Shown: positions 52,186-62,340, numbered from the stretch's first letter. The stretch: DNA of 64,000 bases from Candidatus Methylomirabilia bacterium (GCA_041496385.1 JBGQEL010000008.1:1-64000), one strand, 5' to 3'. The notes: a model not told the origin generated them from the sequence alone. Program-made: numbers and translations.

Positions 52186-53787
52186 TCAGCGTCCGGCGCG
52201 TGCGGCCATGCGCGCGCGCAGCTCGACCAGGGCGCGCTGGAGCTGGAGATCGGCCGCGGGGCTCTGGGCGGCGGCGGGATCGCCCACCGCCACGATGGTC
52301 TCGGGCTCGAGGCCGGTGCCGTCGATCGAACGCCCCTTCGGGGTGTAGTAACGAGCTGTCGTGAGCCGGAGGCCCGCGCCGTCCGTCAGCGGGATGATGG
52401 TCTGGACGGAGCCCTTGCCGAAGGTCTTGTTGCCGACGATCGCCGCGAGACTCCAGTCCTGCAGCGCGCCCGCGACGATCTCGGAGGCCGACGCGCTGCC
52501 CCCGTTGACGAGCACCACGATCGGGAACCCCGTACGCACCTTCTTGCCGCTCGCGTGGAAACGGGCGTTCTGGTTCCGGACCCGCCCCTGCGTGTAGACC
52601 ACGAGTCGTCCCTGGTCGAGGAATTTCTCGGTGACGCCGACCGCGGCCGTGAGCAGCCCGCCGGGATTGTTCCGGAGGTCGAGCACGAGCCCCTGGAGCG
52701 CGCCGTTCGGCCAGGCGCCCAGCGCGGCCTCGAGATCGTCCACGGTCTTCTCCTGGAACTGGCGGATCTTCACGTAGGCGATGCCGGGCTCGATCTCGCG
52801 GCTCTGCACCGAGTGGACACGGATCTGCTCGCGCATCAGCTCGAACTCGCGCGGCGCGCCCCAGCCTTCGCGCAGGATGCCGATCGTCACCTTCGTCCCC
52901 GGACGGCCGCGGATGCGCTTGACCGCGTCCGGCAGCGACATCGCCCCGGCGGGGGTGCCGTCGATCGTGACGATGTGGTCGCCCGTCTGGATTCCGGCCC
53001 GCTGGGCGGGCGTGTCCTCGATCGGCGCGACCACGCTGAGCCCGTCGTCCTTGCGCGTGAGCTCCATGCCGACGCCGGCGAAGGTGCCGCTGATGTCCAC
53101 CTGCATGTCGCGGAAGGTTTCCCGGTCCAGGAACGAGGAGTGCGCGTCGAGGGCGCCGAGACCCCCCTGGAGCATGGCCTGCTCGATCTTCGCGAGCTCC
53201 ACTCCCGCCGCCGTCTCGCGCGCGAGGCTCGCGACGAAGACGAGGTCGCGCAGCACGTCCTCGCGCCCCGTCGGCGTCGCGAACTGGACGCGCGTGTTCC
53301 CGCCGGGCGGCGGGCCGCGGTAGGTGATGGCCGTGCCCTCCCCGTTGGTCGCGACCGCGAAGACACCCTCGGGCAGGATCCGTTCGAGCGCCCGGAGCCC
53401 GCCGAGCCGGAACTGCGCGAAGTCGGGCGCGACCACGTACATCGAATCCGCCAGCGCGACCACCTCGCCGAGGTGCTTGAGGACGGGGCCCTGCCCCGCC
53501 AGCTCGATCAGGACCTCGACGGTCGTGCGCGCGTCGGCCGTGACCGCGACCGCGCGCTCCCAGGTGCGCGTGCCCTTGCGGGCGACGATCCGGTGCGTCC
53601 CGACGGAAACGCTCGGAAGGACCAGCGGGGCGTCGGCGCGCAGGTCGCCGACCCGTTGCTCGTCGACCCACGCCTCGACGCCCGCCACGGTCGAGGTGAG
53701 CGCGAGGGTGCCGGACTGGGCGGCGCTGGAGGGCGGCCAGACGCCAAGGGTCAGGACGAGGACGACGGCCAGAACCCGGGCTCTCAC
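52186..53787 (-). CDS. S41 C-terminal processing peptidase (PDZ) with N-terminal PEGA-like domain
   Basis: Signal peptide, LDLRNNPGGL, SASASEIVAGAL, TFGKGSVQ, LTTARYYTP. Confidence 0.88.
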   Translation of the reverse strand: MRARVLAVVLVLTLGVWPPSSAAQSGTLALTSTVAGVEAWVDEQRVGDLRADAPLVLPSVSVGTHRIVARKGTRTWERAVAVTADARTTVEVLIELAGQGPVLKHLGEVVALADSMYVVAPDFAQFRLGGLRALERILPEGVFAVATNGEGTAITYRGPPPGGNTRVQFATPTGREDVLRDLVFVASLARETAAGVELAKIEQAMLQGGLGALDAHSSFLDRETFRDMQVDISGTFAGVGMELTRKDDGLSVVAPIEDTPAQRAGIQTGDHIVTIDGTPAGAMSLPDAVKRIRGRPGTKVTIGILREGWGAPREFELMREQIRVHSVQSREIEPGIAYVKIRQFQEKTVDDLEAALGAWPNGALQGLVLDLRNNPGGLLTAAVGVTEKFLDQGRLVVYTQGRVRNQNARFHASGKKVRTGFPIVVLVNGGSASASEIVAGALQDWSLAAIVGNKTFGKGSVQTIIPLTDGAGLRLTTARYYTPKGRSIDGTGLEPETIVAVGDPAAAQSPAADLQLQRALVELRARMAARAGR

Positions 53788-53832
53788 GGTCGAAATTCTA
53801 CCGCATCGCGCCAGCCCGGGTTCGGCTCGCCG

Positions 53833-54132
53833 TCACCGGCCGTCGGGGTCGCGGTAGTGCTGGAGGAGGTACGCGAGCAGTTTCTCTTTGTCCTCGGACG
53901 GAATCGGGGCTCCGTATTTGATCATCCGATCGAGCGTGTCCGACCAGCCCTTGGGCCCCAAGCGCTGTTGAACGGCCACTTCGACGCTGTGGCAGATCAC
54001 GCAGCGCATGATCAGCTCCCAGCCGGGCGTCTGCGGGATCGGTGGGTTCTGGGCCGGGGCGCTGGCCGGCCGCGACGCCATGGTTCCGACGGCCAGCGCC
54101 AGGCCGGCCGCGAGCACCGCCCTACGCCACAT
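53833..54132 (-). CDS. Monoheme cytochrome c (SorB-like)
   Basis: Signal peptide, CVICH, distal Met in RMIKYGA. Confidence 0.8.
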   Translation of the reverse strand: MWRRAVLAAGLALAVGTMASRPASAPAQNPPIPQTPGWELIMRCVICHSVEVAVQQRLGPKGWSDTLDRMIKYGAPIPSEDKEKLLAYLLQHYRDPDGR

Positions 54133-55276
54133 CCACCTTGACGGCGTGGATCACGTTCCAGCGGTAGCCGAGCCGGTTGAAGGCACGGCTCGCCGGCTGG
54201 ACGCGCCCCAGGCTGTCCGTGGCGCGCGCCATGACCGTGTGGCTTCCGGCCTTGGCGTCCCAGTCGTATTCCCACTTGCGCCAGGAGTACCGGTCCCACG
54301 TGCCCGCGAACTTCCCGGCGGTCCAGGTCTGGCCGCCGTCGGTCGAGACGTCGATGCCCGTCAGGTCGCCCTCCCCGCTCCACGCCCAGCCCCAGACAGC
54401 GACGCGCCCGGGCTGCAGCTTGGCCCCGTCGCCGGGCCCGGCGATGATCGACTTCACCTCGAGCGACTGGAGCGAGTAGATCTCCTTGTCGTCGTCCGCG
54501 CGCGGCGCCGTGTAGTTCGACTTCATGTAGAAGCCGTTGAACTCCTCCGTGAGGACCATGATCCGCTCGAGCCACTTCATGGATGCCGAGCCCACGAACC
54601 CCGGGACCAGCACGCGAGCCGGCCCGCCGTGAAGGTGCGGGATCGGTTTGCCGCTCATCTCGAGCGCGATCATCGTGTGGTGCTCGACCGCCTTCCACAT
54701 CGGCACGCTCCGGATGAAGTCGGGCGCCTGGGGCGTCGGCGGCTTGTCCGCGCCGTCGAGGGCGACGTGGCGGGCGGTCGGCCGTGGCCGGGCGAGCGCG
54801 AGCACGTCGGCGAGCCGCACGCCCCGCCAGCGCGCCGTCCCGACCGCCCCGTACTCCCACTGGATGCCCGAGGCACGCGGCTTGTGGAACGCGCGCCCGT
54901 TGCCGGCGCACTCGAGCGTCACGTCCTGCGCGAACATCGGGAGCTTGCGGAGGTCGTCGAGGCGCAGGACCACGGGGTTGTCCACCTCGCCCTCGATCGT
55001 GAGCGACCACTGCGCGGGATCGATCGGCGCCGCGTCGTAGTTGTTGCGGACGAAGAAGAGCTCCTCCGGCGTGTAGTAGTCCTTCAGGTCTCCGAGACGC
55101 GCCTCGAGGTTGACGGGGCGGCCGCTCCTGACGATCAGCTTCTCCTTGCCGGGAATGGGTGCCGGTGGCTGCTGGGCCGTCGCGGGGCCGGTCCGCAGGC
55201 CGGCGCCCACGGCCGCGACGCCGGTGGCGATGAGGAAGCCGCGCCGCGTGAGGGTGCCGTCCCGGGGATCGCTCAT
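54122..55276 (-). CDS. Tat-exported sulfite oxidase family molybdoenzyme (SorA-like)
   Basis: TRRGFL, FFVRN, LECAGNGR (Mo-Cys), HGGPAR, KWL, ARATD. Confidence 0.88.
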   Translation of the reverse strand: MSDPRDGTLTRRGFLIATGVAAVGAGLRTGPATAQQPPAPIPGKEKLIVRSGRPVNLEARLGDLKDYYTPEELFFVRNNYDAAPIDPAQWSLTIEGEVDNPVVLRLDDLRKLPMFAQDVTLECAGNGRAFHKPRASGIQWEYGAVGTARWRGVRLADVLALARPRPTARHVALDGADKPPTPQAPDFIRSVPMWKAVEHHTMIALEMSGKPIPHLHGGPARVLVPGFVGSASMKWLERIMVLTEEFNGFYMKSNYTAPRADDDKEIYSLQSLEVKSIIAGPGDGAKLQPGRVAVWGWAWSGEGDLTGIDVSTDGGQTWTAGKFAGTWDRYSWRKWEYDWDAKAGSHTVMARATDSLGRVQPASRAFNRLGYRWNVIHAVKVDVA

Positions 55277-55348
55277 GGGGAGAGTCTTGCACACGCGCCC
55301 CGACTCTTCCACCCCTGGCGTCCCTCTCGACCGTATACCCTCAGTGAG

Positions 55349-55810
55349 ATGGATGAGACGACGTTCACCCGCCACGCCGAGGCGTACGCGCGCCGGCTCT
55401 ACACCGTCGCCTATCGCCTGCTGGGCAACCGCGCCGACGCCGAGGATGCCGTCCAGCGCGCGCTCATGAAGGCGTTCGCCGCGCGCGCGTCGTACTCGCC
55501 GCAGTGGGCGATATCCACGTGGCTCTACCGCGTGCTCTCGAACGTCTGCATCGACGAGCTACGCCGCCGCCGGCCCCCGCTCGAGGCCCCGCCGGATCCG
55601 GGTGAGCGGCGGCCGCCCCGCGTCGAGCGCCTGGACCTGGCGCGCGCGCTCGAACGCGTGCCGCGAGAGGCGCGGCTCCTGCTGGCACTCCACTACGTGA
55701 ACGGGCTCTCCTACCGCGAGCTCGCGAAGATCCGAGGTATCTCGATCAACACCGTGAAGAGCCAGCTCGCGCGCGGCAAGACGATTCTGCGGCGGGCACT
55801 GGAGGACTAG
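55349..55810 (+). CDS. ECF sigma factor
   Basis: DAEDAVQ, TWLYRVLSNVCID, LSYRELA..TVKSQLARGK. Confidence 0.88.
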   Translation: MDETTFTRHAEAYARRLYTVAYRLLGNRADAEDAVQRALMKAFAARASYSPQWAISTWLYRVLSNVCIDELRRRRPPLEAPPDPGERRPPRVERLDLARALERVPREARLLLALHYVNGLSYRELAKIRGISINTVKSQLARGKTILRRALED

Positions 55811-55813
55811 ACG

Positions 55814-56530
55814 ATGGACCGGATGGACACGGCACTCAGAGAGTTCTTCGCGGAGACGACGGCGCCGCGTGGCCTGGCCCGCCGGCTCGCGCGGCGGCGC
55901 CCGGCCGCGCCGCCCACCCTCGAGGATCTGACCGGGCGCTTCCGCATCGAGGCCACGGACCACGGCGTGGTCCGGCTCTATCCGGGGCGCGGCATCGGCG
56001 CGGCGTCGGGCCGTGCACGCCGGCACGCCGAGCGGGCGCGCGAGGAGCTCCACGAGTACCTCGCCGGTCGGCGGACGTTCTTCTCGGTGGACGTGGACCT
56101 CGCGGGCACGGCGCCCTTCCAGGCGCGGGTGCTCGACGTGGCGCGGAGGATCCCGTTCGGCGCCACGGAGTCGTACGCGGAGCTCGCGCGGCGCATCGGC
56201 CACCCGCGGGCCGCGCGCGCCGTGGGCAACGCGCTCGGGGCGAATCCCGTGCCCGTGATCGTCCCGTGCCACCGGGTGATCCGGGGCGACGGCAGCTGGG
56301 GCCACTACGCGTTCGGCGGGGAGATGAAGACGCGTCTGCTCGCGCTCGAGCGCGCGACGCCCGCGCTCGTCGGCTGCACCACGACGCGCATCGTCTGCCG
56401 TCGCGGCTGCGCCCACGAGCAGCGGGTCGCGGAGCCGAACCGGGTCGTCTTCGCCTCGGTCGGCGACGCGCGGAGCGTGGGCTACCGGCCCTGCCGCACC
56501 TGCCGGCCGCGTAACGGCAGTGCGAGCTGA
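55814..56530 (+). CDS. Methylated-DNA--protein-cysteine methyltransferase with C-terminal Ada-type Zn-binding domain
   Basis: RAVGNALGANP..VPCHRV; C-terminal TRIVCRRGC...GYRPCRTCRP. Confidence 0.88.
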   Translation: MDRMDTALREFFAETTAPRGLARRLARRRPAAPPTLEDLTGRFRIEATDHGVVRLYPGRGIGAASGRARRHAERAREELHEYLAGRRTFFSVDVDLAGTAPFQARVLDVARRIPFGATESYAELARRIGHPRAARAVGNALGANPVPVIVPCHRVIRGDGSWGHYAFGGEMKTRLLALERATPALVGCTTTRIVCRRGCAHEQRVAEPNRVVFASVGDARSVGYRPCRTCRPRNGSAS

Positions 56531-56575
56531 GCGCCGCCGCGGCGCGAGGCGAGCGGCGATGCTAAGATCTCGCCG

Positions 56576-57400
56576 ATGACCACGCGTCGCGTCCTTCCCG
56601 TGCTGGCCGCGGTCCTGGTCCTGTCGTGGTGCGCGCCGGCCGGCGCCCAGCAGTTTCCGCTCTTCGATGCGCACATCCACTACAGCCGCCCGGACTGGGA
56701 CGCCTACACGCCCGAGCGCGCGCTCTCGATCCTCGCGCGGGCGGGCGTCCAGCGCGCCATCGTGTCGAGCACGCCCGACGACGGAACGCTCAAGCTCTAC
56801 GACCGCTCCCCGAAGGGCATCGTGCCGTTCCTGCGCCCCTACCGGACCCGCGAGGACATGGGCGGCTGGGCGCGGGACCCGAGCGTGGCGACGTACGTCG
56901 AGGAGCGGCTCAAGCGCGGCGTCCACCGCGGGATCGGCGAGTTCCACCTGGGGGCGGGCGAGGTCGACGCGCCCGTCGTGAAGCGGATCGCCGAGCTGGC
57001 GGCCGAGCGCGACCTGTTCCTGCAGGCGCACGTGGACGACGAGACGATCGAGAAGCTGCTGACACGGTATCCCAAGGCGCGCTTCCTCTGGGCGCACGCG
57101 GGCATGTCCGCCGGACCGAAGACGGTGGCGCGCCTCCTCGATCGCTTCCCGAAGCTCTGGGTCGAGCTGGCGCTCCGCACCGACGTCGCGCCGGGCGGGG
57201 CGCTCGATCCGGAGTGGCGCGCCGTGTTCCTCCGCTATCCCGATCGCTTCCTGGTCGGGACCGACACGTGGGTGACCTCGCGCTGGGAGATCGTGGGCGA
57301 GGCGATGCGCGCCGTGCAGGCCTGGCTCGGTCAGCTCCCCCGGGACGTGGCCGAGCAGATCGCCTTCAAGAACGGCGACCGGCTCTTCCCGGCGCCCTAG
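56576..57400 (+). CDS. Secreted amidohydrolase-family protein
   Basis: Signal peptide, DAHIHY, GIGEFH, WAHAG, GTD. Confidence 0.75.
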   Translation: MTTRRVLPVLAAVLVLSWCAPAGAQQFPLFDAHIHYSRPDWDAYTPERALSILARAGVQRAIVSSTPDDGTLKLYDRSPKGIVPFLRPYRTREDMGGWARDPSVATYVEERLKRGVHRGIGEFHLGAGEVDAPVVKRIAELAAERDLFLQAHVDDETIEKLLTRYPKARFLWAHAGMSAGPKTVARLLDRFPKLWVELALRTDVAPGGALDPEWRAVFLRYPDRFLVGTDTWVTSRWEIVGEAMRAVQAWLGQLPRDVAEQIAFKNGDRLFPAP

Positions 57401-57401
57401 G

Positions 57402-57854
57402 CTAGGCCAGCGTTTCCACGAGGCGCCGGTCCGACTCGTAGCGGAGCCGGCGGAGCGCCTCGACGCGCTCCACCCACGCGACCTCGTCCACCTCGTGGTC
57501 GTGCTCACCCACCTTCTCGAGTGGCCGCATGCGGAACCAGCGCACCGATTTCCTGACGCGCTGCCCTTCGCGCTGGAACCAGTACGTGATTTCCTCCAGC
57601 TCGCGCACGACCTCGCACCGCCAGCCGGTCTCCTCGCGGACCTCCCGCAGGGCGGCGTCCAGGCTCGACTCGCCGGGCGCCAGCGTGCCCTTCGGCAGCG
57701 TCCACACCGGCCGCTCGCGGAGGTCGCGGGCGCGGATCAGGAGGACACGGGCGTCCTCGTCCACGACGAGCCCGCCCGCGGAATACTGAAACACTGTGCG
57801 CGTCCCTTCCTGGGCCACGCTCTCATCATACGACGCGCGTGGTAACATCCGCAC
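57402..57854 (-). CDS. NUDIX hydrolase (start may lie further downstream)
   Basis: Nudix box PKG...GESSLDAALREVREETG. Confidence 0.88.
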   Translation of the reverse strand: MRMLPRASYDESVAQEGTRTVFQYSAGGLVVDEDARVLLIRARDLRERPVWTLPKGTLAPGESSLDAALREVREETGWRCEVVRELEEITYWFQREGQRVRKSVRWFRMRPLEKVGEHDHEVDEVAWVERVEALRRLRYESDRRLVETLA

Positions 57855-57855
57855 C

Positions 57856-58290
57856 GTGAGGCGCGCTCTCCTAGGCGCGATGCTGCCGGCCCTCCTCCTC
57901 GCCGCCGCGCCACCCGCCGTTGCCCAGCCGCCGCGCGACGGCGCGGACCGCGAGCGCGCGTTCGTCGAGTCGCTCGGCCGCGCCGACCCCGCCGCGGCCG
58001 AGACCTATGTTGCGCTGCGCGACGCCCGCCAGAAGGCCATGGACGAGCTCCAGCGGGTCGAGGCGCGGTACCGCGCCGCGGGGCGTGAACTCCGGCCCGT
58101 GTTCCTGCCGGAGCTCCGGGAGGCGCGCCGGGCGTACGCCGAGCGCTCGCTCGCGCTGCTCGACTTCCTCGACGCGCGCGATCGTCAGGCGCTCGCCTCC
58201 TACCAGGAGGCGATCGGCCGGATCACCGCGATCCTCGAGGAGCACAGGCAGACGCGGGCGCAGCTCGAGAAGCTGCTCCGGGAGGAGTGA
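57856..58290 (+). CDS. Hypothetical secreted helical protein
   Basis: Signal peptide followed by coiled-coil composition. Confidence 0.6.
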   Translation: MRRALLGAMLPALLLAAAPPAVAQPPRDGADRERAFVESLGRADPAAAETYVALRDARQKAMDELQRVEARYRAAGRELRPVFLPELREARRAYAERSLALLDFLDARDRQALASYQEAIGRITAILEEHRQTRAQLEKLLREE

Positions 58291-59947
58291 GCCGACGCTC
58301 GACCTGCTCGCCCACTTCCCCGCGGGCGCCACGCCTCGCCCCGAGCAGCTCCGGCTCCTCGCCGCGCTCGGCGACGCGATCGCGGAGGCGCTCGACGACC
58401 CGGCGGCGCCGCGCGTGTTCCTCGTCGAGGCCCCGCCGGGCGTCGGCAAGAGCCACGTCGCGATGACGCTCGCGCGCTGGAGCGGCGACGCCTACCTCCT
58501 CACCTCGCAGAAGACGCTCCAGGACCAGTACGAGCGCGAGTTCGGCGGCGAGCTCCAGATCGTCAAGGGTCGCGACAACTACGCGTGCGAGCGGTATCCG
58601 GGGGCGCGCGTCCCGACCTCGCGCGGGCTGTGCCGCCGGCCGCGCGGGCCGCTCTGCCAGTGCCCGTACGTGCGCGCGAAGAGCGCTGCGCTCCACGGGC
58701 CCATCTTCTGCACCAACACCGCATACTTCGCCACCCTCCGCTACTGGCACGCGGAGCAGCTCCGCCGGCGCCGCCTCCTCGTCATCGACGAGGCGCATAA
58801 CCTCGAGTCCCAGCTCGTCTCGGTCTTCACGGTGGGATTCCCGCCCGAGCAGATGCGCGCCTGGTTCGGCGGCCCGTTGCCGCGCCTCGACGCCGCCGAC
58901 GCCTACCGGCCGCTGATGCGCGAGCACCTCGAGCAGCTCGGGGGACGGCTCGAGAGCGTGGGGCGCGAGCTCGAGGCCCTCCGGCCGCCCGACGTCGCCG
59001 CGGATCTGTTCCTCCGCATGCCCCCCTCGCGCGCCGAGCAGGAGCTGATCACGCAGCGCGACGAGCTCGAGGGCGCGCTCGCGCGCCTGCGCTTCTTCGT
59101 GGACAGCGAGGACCAGGAATGGGTCGTGCGCTACCCGGAGCACCCGGCAGCGGCCCTCGAGTTGCTGCCGCTCTCCGTCGCGCCGATGGCGCGCGAGCTG
59201 CTCGCCGAGACGGCGGAGCTGACCGTGCTCTCCTCGGCCTACCTCGGTCACCGCGCCGTCGTCGCCGAATGCTTCGGGCTCGCGGAGGACGGCCTGCGCG
59301 TCTTCGGCAGCCCCTCGCCGTTCGCGCTCGAGCAGCGCCGGATCGTCTACCGCCCCGTCGGCGCGCTCTCGCGGGCCAGTCTCGCGGCGCTCGAGCCCGC
59401 GCTCTTCGCCGACGTGGCGGCGCTCCTCGCCGCGCACCCGTCCGAGAAGGGATTGATCCACGCGTCCTCGTACGCCGCGGGCGAGCGCCTCGTGCGCGAC
59501 CTGGCCCGGCGCTCACCCGCGACCGCGCGGCGTCTCATCTGGGTGGAGTCGGCGGAGGCGAAGGCGCCCGCGCTCGAGCGGCACCGCGCGTCGCCGCTCC
59601 CGACCGTGCTGGTCTCTCCTTCGCTGCGCGAGGGCGTGGACCTGCCCGACGACTTCCTGCGCTTCCAGATTGTGACGAAGCTGCCGTTCCCCGACCTCGG
59701 CGACCCGTGGACCGCCGAGCGCCGGGCACGCGACCCGCGCTGGTATGCGCTCGAGACGGCCAAGGCCCTCGTGCAGGCCTACGGGCGCTCGTGCCGGCAC
59801 GCCGAGGACCACGGCGTCACGTACGTGCTCGACGCGCAGTTCGAGCGCTTCCTCCAGCGCTACGGCGTGCTGCTGCCGGAGTGGTTCGTCGACGCCGCCA
59901 CAGCGGCGCTCCGGGCGCAGCGGCCCGACCGCTGGGAGGAATGGTAG
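58286..59947 (+). CDS. DinG/Rad3-family helicase (start codon uncertain)
   Basis: PRPEQ, EAPPGVGKS, KGRDNYAC with Cys cluster, IDEAHN, REGVDL, QAYGRSCR. Confidence 0.85.
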   Translation, partial: SEPTLDLLAHFPAGATPRPEQLRLLAALGDAIAEALDDPAAPRVFLVEAPPGVGKSHVAMTLARWSGDAYLLTSQKTLQDQYEREFGGELQIVKGRDNYACERYPGARVPTSRGLCRRPRGPLCQCPYVRAKSAALHGPIFCTNTAYFATLRYWHAEQLRRRRLLVIDEAHNLESQLVSVFTVGFPPEQMRAWFGGPLPRLDAADAYRPLMREHLEQLGGRLESVGRELEALRPPDVAADLFLRMPPSRAEQELITQRDELEGALARLRFFVDSEDQEWVVRYPEHPAAALELLPLSVAPMARELLAETAELTVLSSAYLGHRAVVAECFGLAEDGLRVFGSPSPFALEQRRIVYRPVGALSRASLAALEPALFADVAALLAAHPSEKGLIHASSYAAGERLVRDLARRSPATARRLIWVESAEAKAPALERHRASPLPTVLVSPSLREGVDLPDDFLRFQIVTKLPFPDLGDPWTAERRARDPRWYALETAKALVQAYGRSCRHAEDHGVTYVLDAQFERFLQRYGVLLPEWFVDAATAALRAQRPDRWEEW

Positions 59948-59958
59948 GATAGGCGGCC

Positions 59959-60852
59959 GTGAACACCGGGGACGTCGACGCCGTCATCCAGACGGTCCGC
60001 TTTCAGCTCTATCGAGAAAACGTCTACGGCGCGCTCGAGATCCTCGAGCGCGCCCAGCGCGAGCACCCCGATCCGCGGTACACGGAGCAGGCGACGCGGA
60101 TCCGCTCCTGGCTGACCCATCTCGTGAGCCGCGAGGCGTACGTGCAGGCGCAGGAGGCCCAGTACAAGCGGCTCCGCTGGAAGGCGGGGCTCAAGCTGCT
60201 CGAGAAGCGCATCCGCATCTGGCTCGGCCGGAAGACCCGCAGGATGATCGAGCGGCGGGCGGCCGACGCGGAGTTCGTGCAGCTCGAGCGCGAGGTCGCG
60301 CTCGTCCGGCCGCGGCGGGTGCTCGACGCGGGCAGCGGCGAGGGTGGCGTTGCGATGGCGCTCGGCGCGCGGCACCCGGAGATGCGGGTCGAGGGCGTCG
60401 AAGTGTCGCCGACCAACACGAAGATCGCCAAGCAGCTCAATCGCTTCGGGAACGTCGGCTTCCGTCAGGGGCTCGCCGAGGAGGTGCACCTCTACTTCCC
60501 GCGCGCCTCCTTCGACCTGGTCTACTCGTTCGCCGTGCTCGAGCACGTCCGGGACGTGGACGAAACGGTGCGCGCGATCGAGACCGTGCTCCGGCCCGGC
60601 GGGCGCTTCGCCTTCGTCGTGCCCATGCACGAGTTCCGCGTGACGGGCCCGATCCCCGACTACACGCCGCTCCACGGCTACGCGGACCACTGCCGCGTCT
60701 TCACCGAGGCCGAGCTGCACGAGCGCTTCGGGCGTCGCCACGACTTTCACCTGACGAAGATCCCGGGCGAGTGGAAGCACGGCGAGCTGCCGGCCTGCTT
60801 CGAGCCGATCGAGTTCGGCGCCTTCTTCGTGTCCTACGCGACGGAGAGCTAG
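59959..60852 (+). CDS. Class I SAM-dependent methyltransferase with N-terminal helical extension
   Basis: VLDAGSGEG, SFDLVYS..VLEHV, LRPGG. Confidence 0.82.
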   Translation: MNTGDVDAVIQTVRFQLYRENVYGALEILERAQREHPDPRYTEQATRIRSWLTHLVSREAYVQAQEAQYKRLRWKAGLKLLEKRIRIWLGRKTRRMIERRAADAEFVQLEREVALVRPRRVLDAGSGEGGVAMALGARHPEMRVEGVEVSPTNTKIAKQLNRFGNVGFRQGLAEEVHLYFPRASFDLVYSFAVLEHVRDVDETVRAIETVLRPGGRFAFVVPMHEFRVTGPIPDYTPLHGYADHCRVFTEAELHERFGRRHDFHLTKIPGEWKHGELPACFEPIEFGAFFVSYATES

Positions 60853-62333
60853 GCCCGGCGCGCTCCGGTCGCGGCGGCGCGCCCGGCGACGCGGCCGAAG
60901 ACGGCGCCCGCCATGAGCCCCGCGCCGCCCGGGTAGTTGTGGTAGAAGAGCCCTCCGACCAGCTCGCCCGCGGCGTAGAGACCCGGAATCGGCCGCTGCT
61001 CGCAGTCCACCACCTGGCCGTCCTGCGTGATCTTGAGCCCGCCGAAGGTGAACGTGATGCCCGTCGTGACCGCGAAGCCGACGTAGGGCGGCGCGTCGAG
61101 CGGCAGCGCCCAGTTCGACTTGGGCGGCGTGATCCCGCGCGTGCCCTTGCCGTCCTTCACCGCCGGGTTGTAGGTCCCCGCCTGGACGGCGGCGTTGTAC
61201 GCCGTCACCGTGCGCACGAAGCCGTCGACGTCGATCTCGAGCTTGCGCGCGAGTCCCTCGAAGGTGGCGTCCTCGGCCTTCGTGACCTCGCGGATCCGGT
61301 ATTCCTCACGCAGCAGGTGGAGCACCTTCTGGTCGAAGATCTGGAACGCGGTGCGCCGCGGCTGCTCGATGACGGCGCGGCCGTATTTCACGTAGGTGTA
61401 GTTGCGGAAGTCGGCCCCCTCGTCCACGAAGCGTTCACCTCGGATATTCACGATGATGCCGACCGGGTAGGAGTGCTTCTGAAAGTTGTCACCCACCTTC
61501 CGGTCGCCGTGCCACGGCGCGTTCAGGTCCCACTGAACGGAGTGACACCCGCTCCAGTGCCCCCACGGCAAGGCGCCGATCTCGAGCGCCATGCGGATGC
61601 CGTCGCCCGTGTTGTACGGCGTACCGCGCACGCGCGCGAGCTCCCAGTTGCGGCCCAGATAGCGCGTGCGCATCTCCGGGTTCGCCTCGAAGCCGCCGGC
61701 GGCGAGCACGACGGCGCGCGTCGAGAGCGTCTCGGTTCCCGCCGGCGTGCGCACGACGACGCCGGTGACCGCGCCGCGGTCGTCGGTCACGAGCCGCGTC
61801 ACCTTCGATTCGAACCGCACGTCGATGCCCGCCTTGGCCGCAGAGGTGTACTCCATGTCGATGAGCCCGGGCCCGCCGCCGACCGCTTCCAGCACGAGGC
61901 CGCCCCAGAAGCGGAAGCGGCCGTCGACCTTGTACGCTTGCCGGCCGAACATCGGGATCCAGCGAACACCGCGGTTCCGCATCCAGCGCACGGTGGCCTG
62001 CGATTCGCGCACGAGCAGCATGGCCATGTCGGGGTCTGCGCACTCCTCGGTGACCCGCATCAGATCGTCGTAGAACTGCTCCTCGGTGTAGGGGTCGACC
62101 TCCATCGAGGCCTTCTCCTCGTCGGAGAGATCGCCCACCAGGTCGCACAGCTCCTCGAAGCTCTTGAATGCGAACCGGAAGCCGCCCGCCGTGAAGAAGC
62201 CGTTGCCGCCACGCCACGCCTCCGGTGCCTTCTCGAGCACGAGCACGCGACCGCCCACCTCGCGCGCCGAGAGCGCGGCGCACATCGCGGCGTTGCCGCC
62301 GCCCACCACGATGACGTCGTAGGGAGTGCTCAT
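60849..62333 (-). CDS. FAD-dependent oxidoreductase, tricarballylate dehydrogenase TcuA-like
   Basis: DVIVVGGGNAA, AAGGFEAN, RFVDEG, TFTFGGL, NYPGGAGL..GAVFGR. Confidence 0.8.
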   Translation of the reverse strand: MSTPYDVIVVGGGNAAMCAALSAREVGGRVLVLEKAPEAWRGGNGFFTAGGFRFAFKSFEELCDLVGDLSDEEKASMEVDPYTEEQFYDDLMRVTEECADPDMAMLLVRESQATVRWMRNRGVRWIPMFGRQAYKVDGRFRFWGGLVLEAVGGGPGLIDMEYTSAAKAGIDVRFESKVTRLVTDDRGAVTGVVVRTPAGTETLSTRAVVLAAGGFEANPEMRTRYLGRNWELARVRGTPYNTGDGIRMALEIGALPWGHWSGCHSVQWDLNAPWHGDRKVGDNFQKHSYPVGIIVNIRGERFVDEGADFRNYTYVKYGRAVIEQPRRTAFQIFDQKVLHLLREEYRIREVTKAEDATFEGLARKLEIDVDGFVRTVTAYNAAVQAGTYNPAVKDGKGTRGITPPKSNWALPLDAPPYVGFAVTTGITFTFGGLKITQDGQVVDCEQRPIPGLYAAGELVGGLFYHNYPGGAGLMAGAVFGRVAGRAAATGARRA

Positions 62334-62340
62334 GGCGCGC

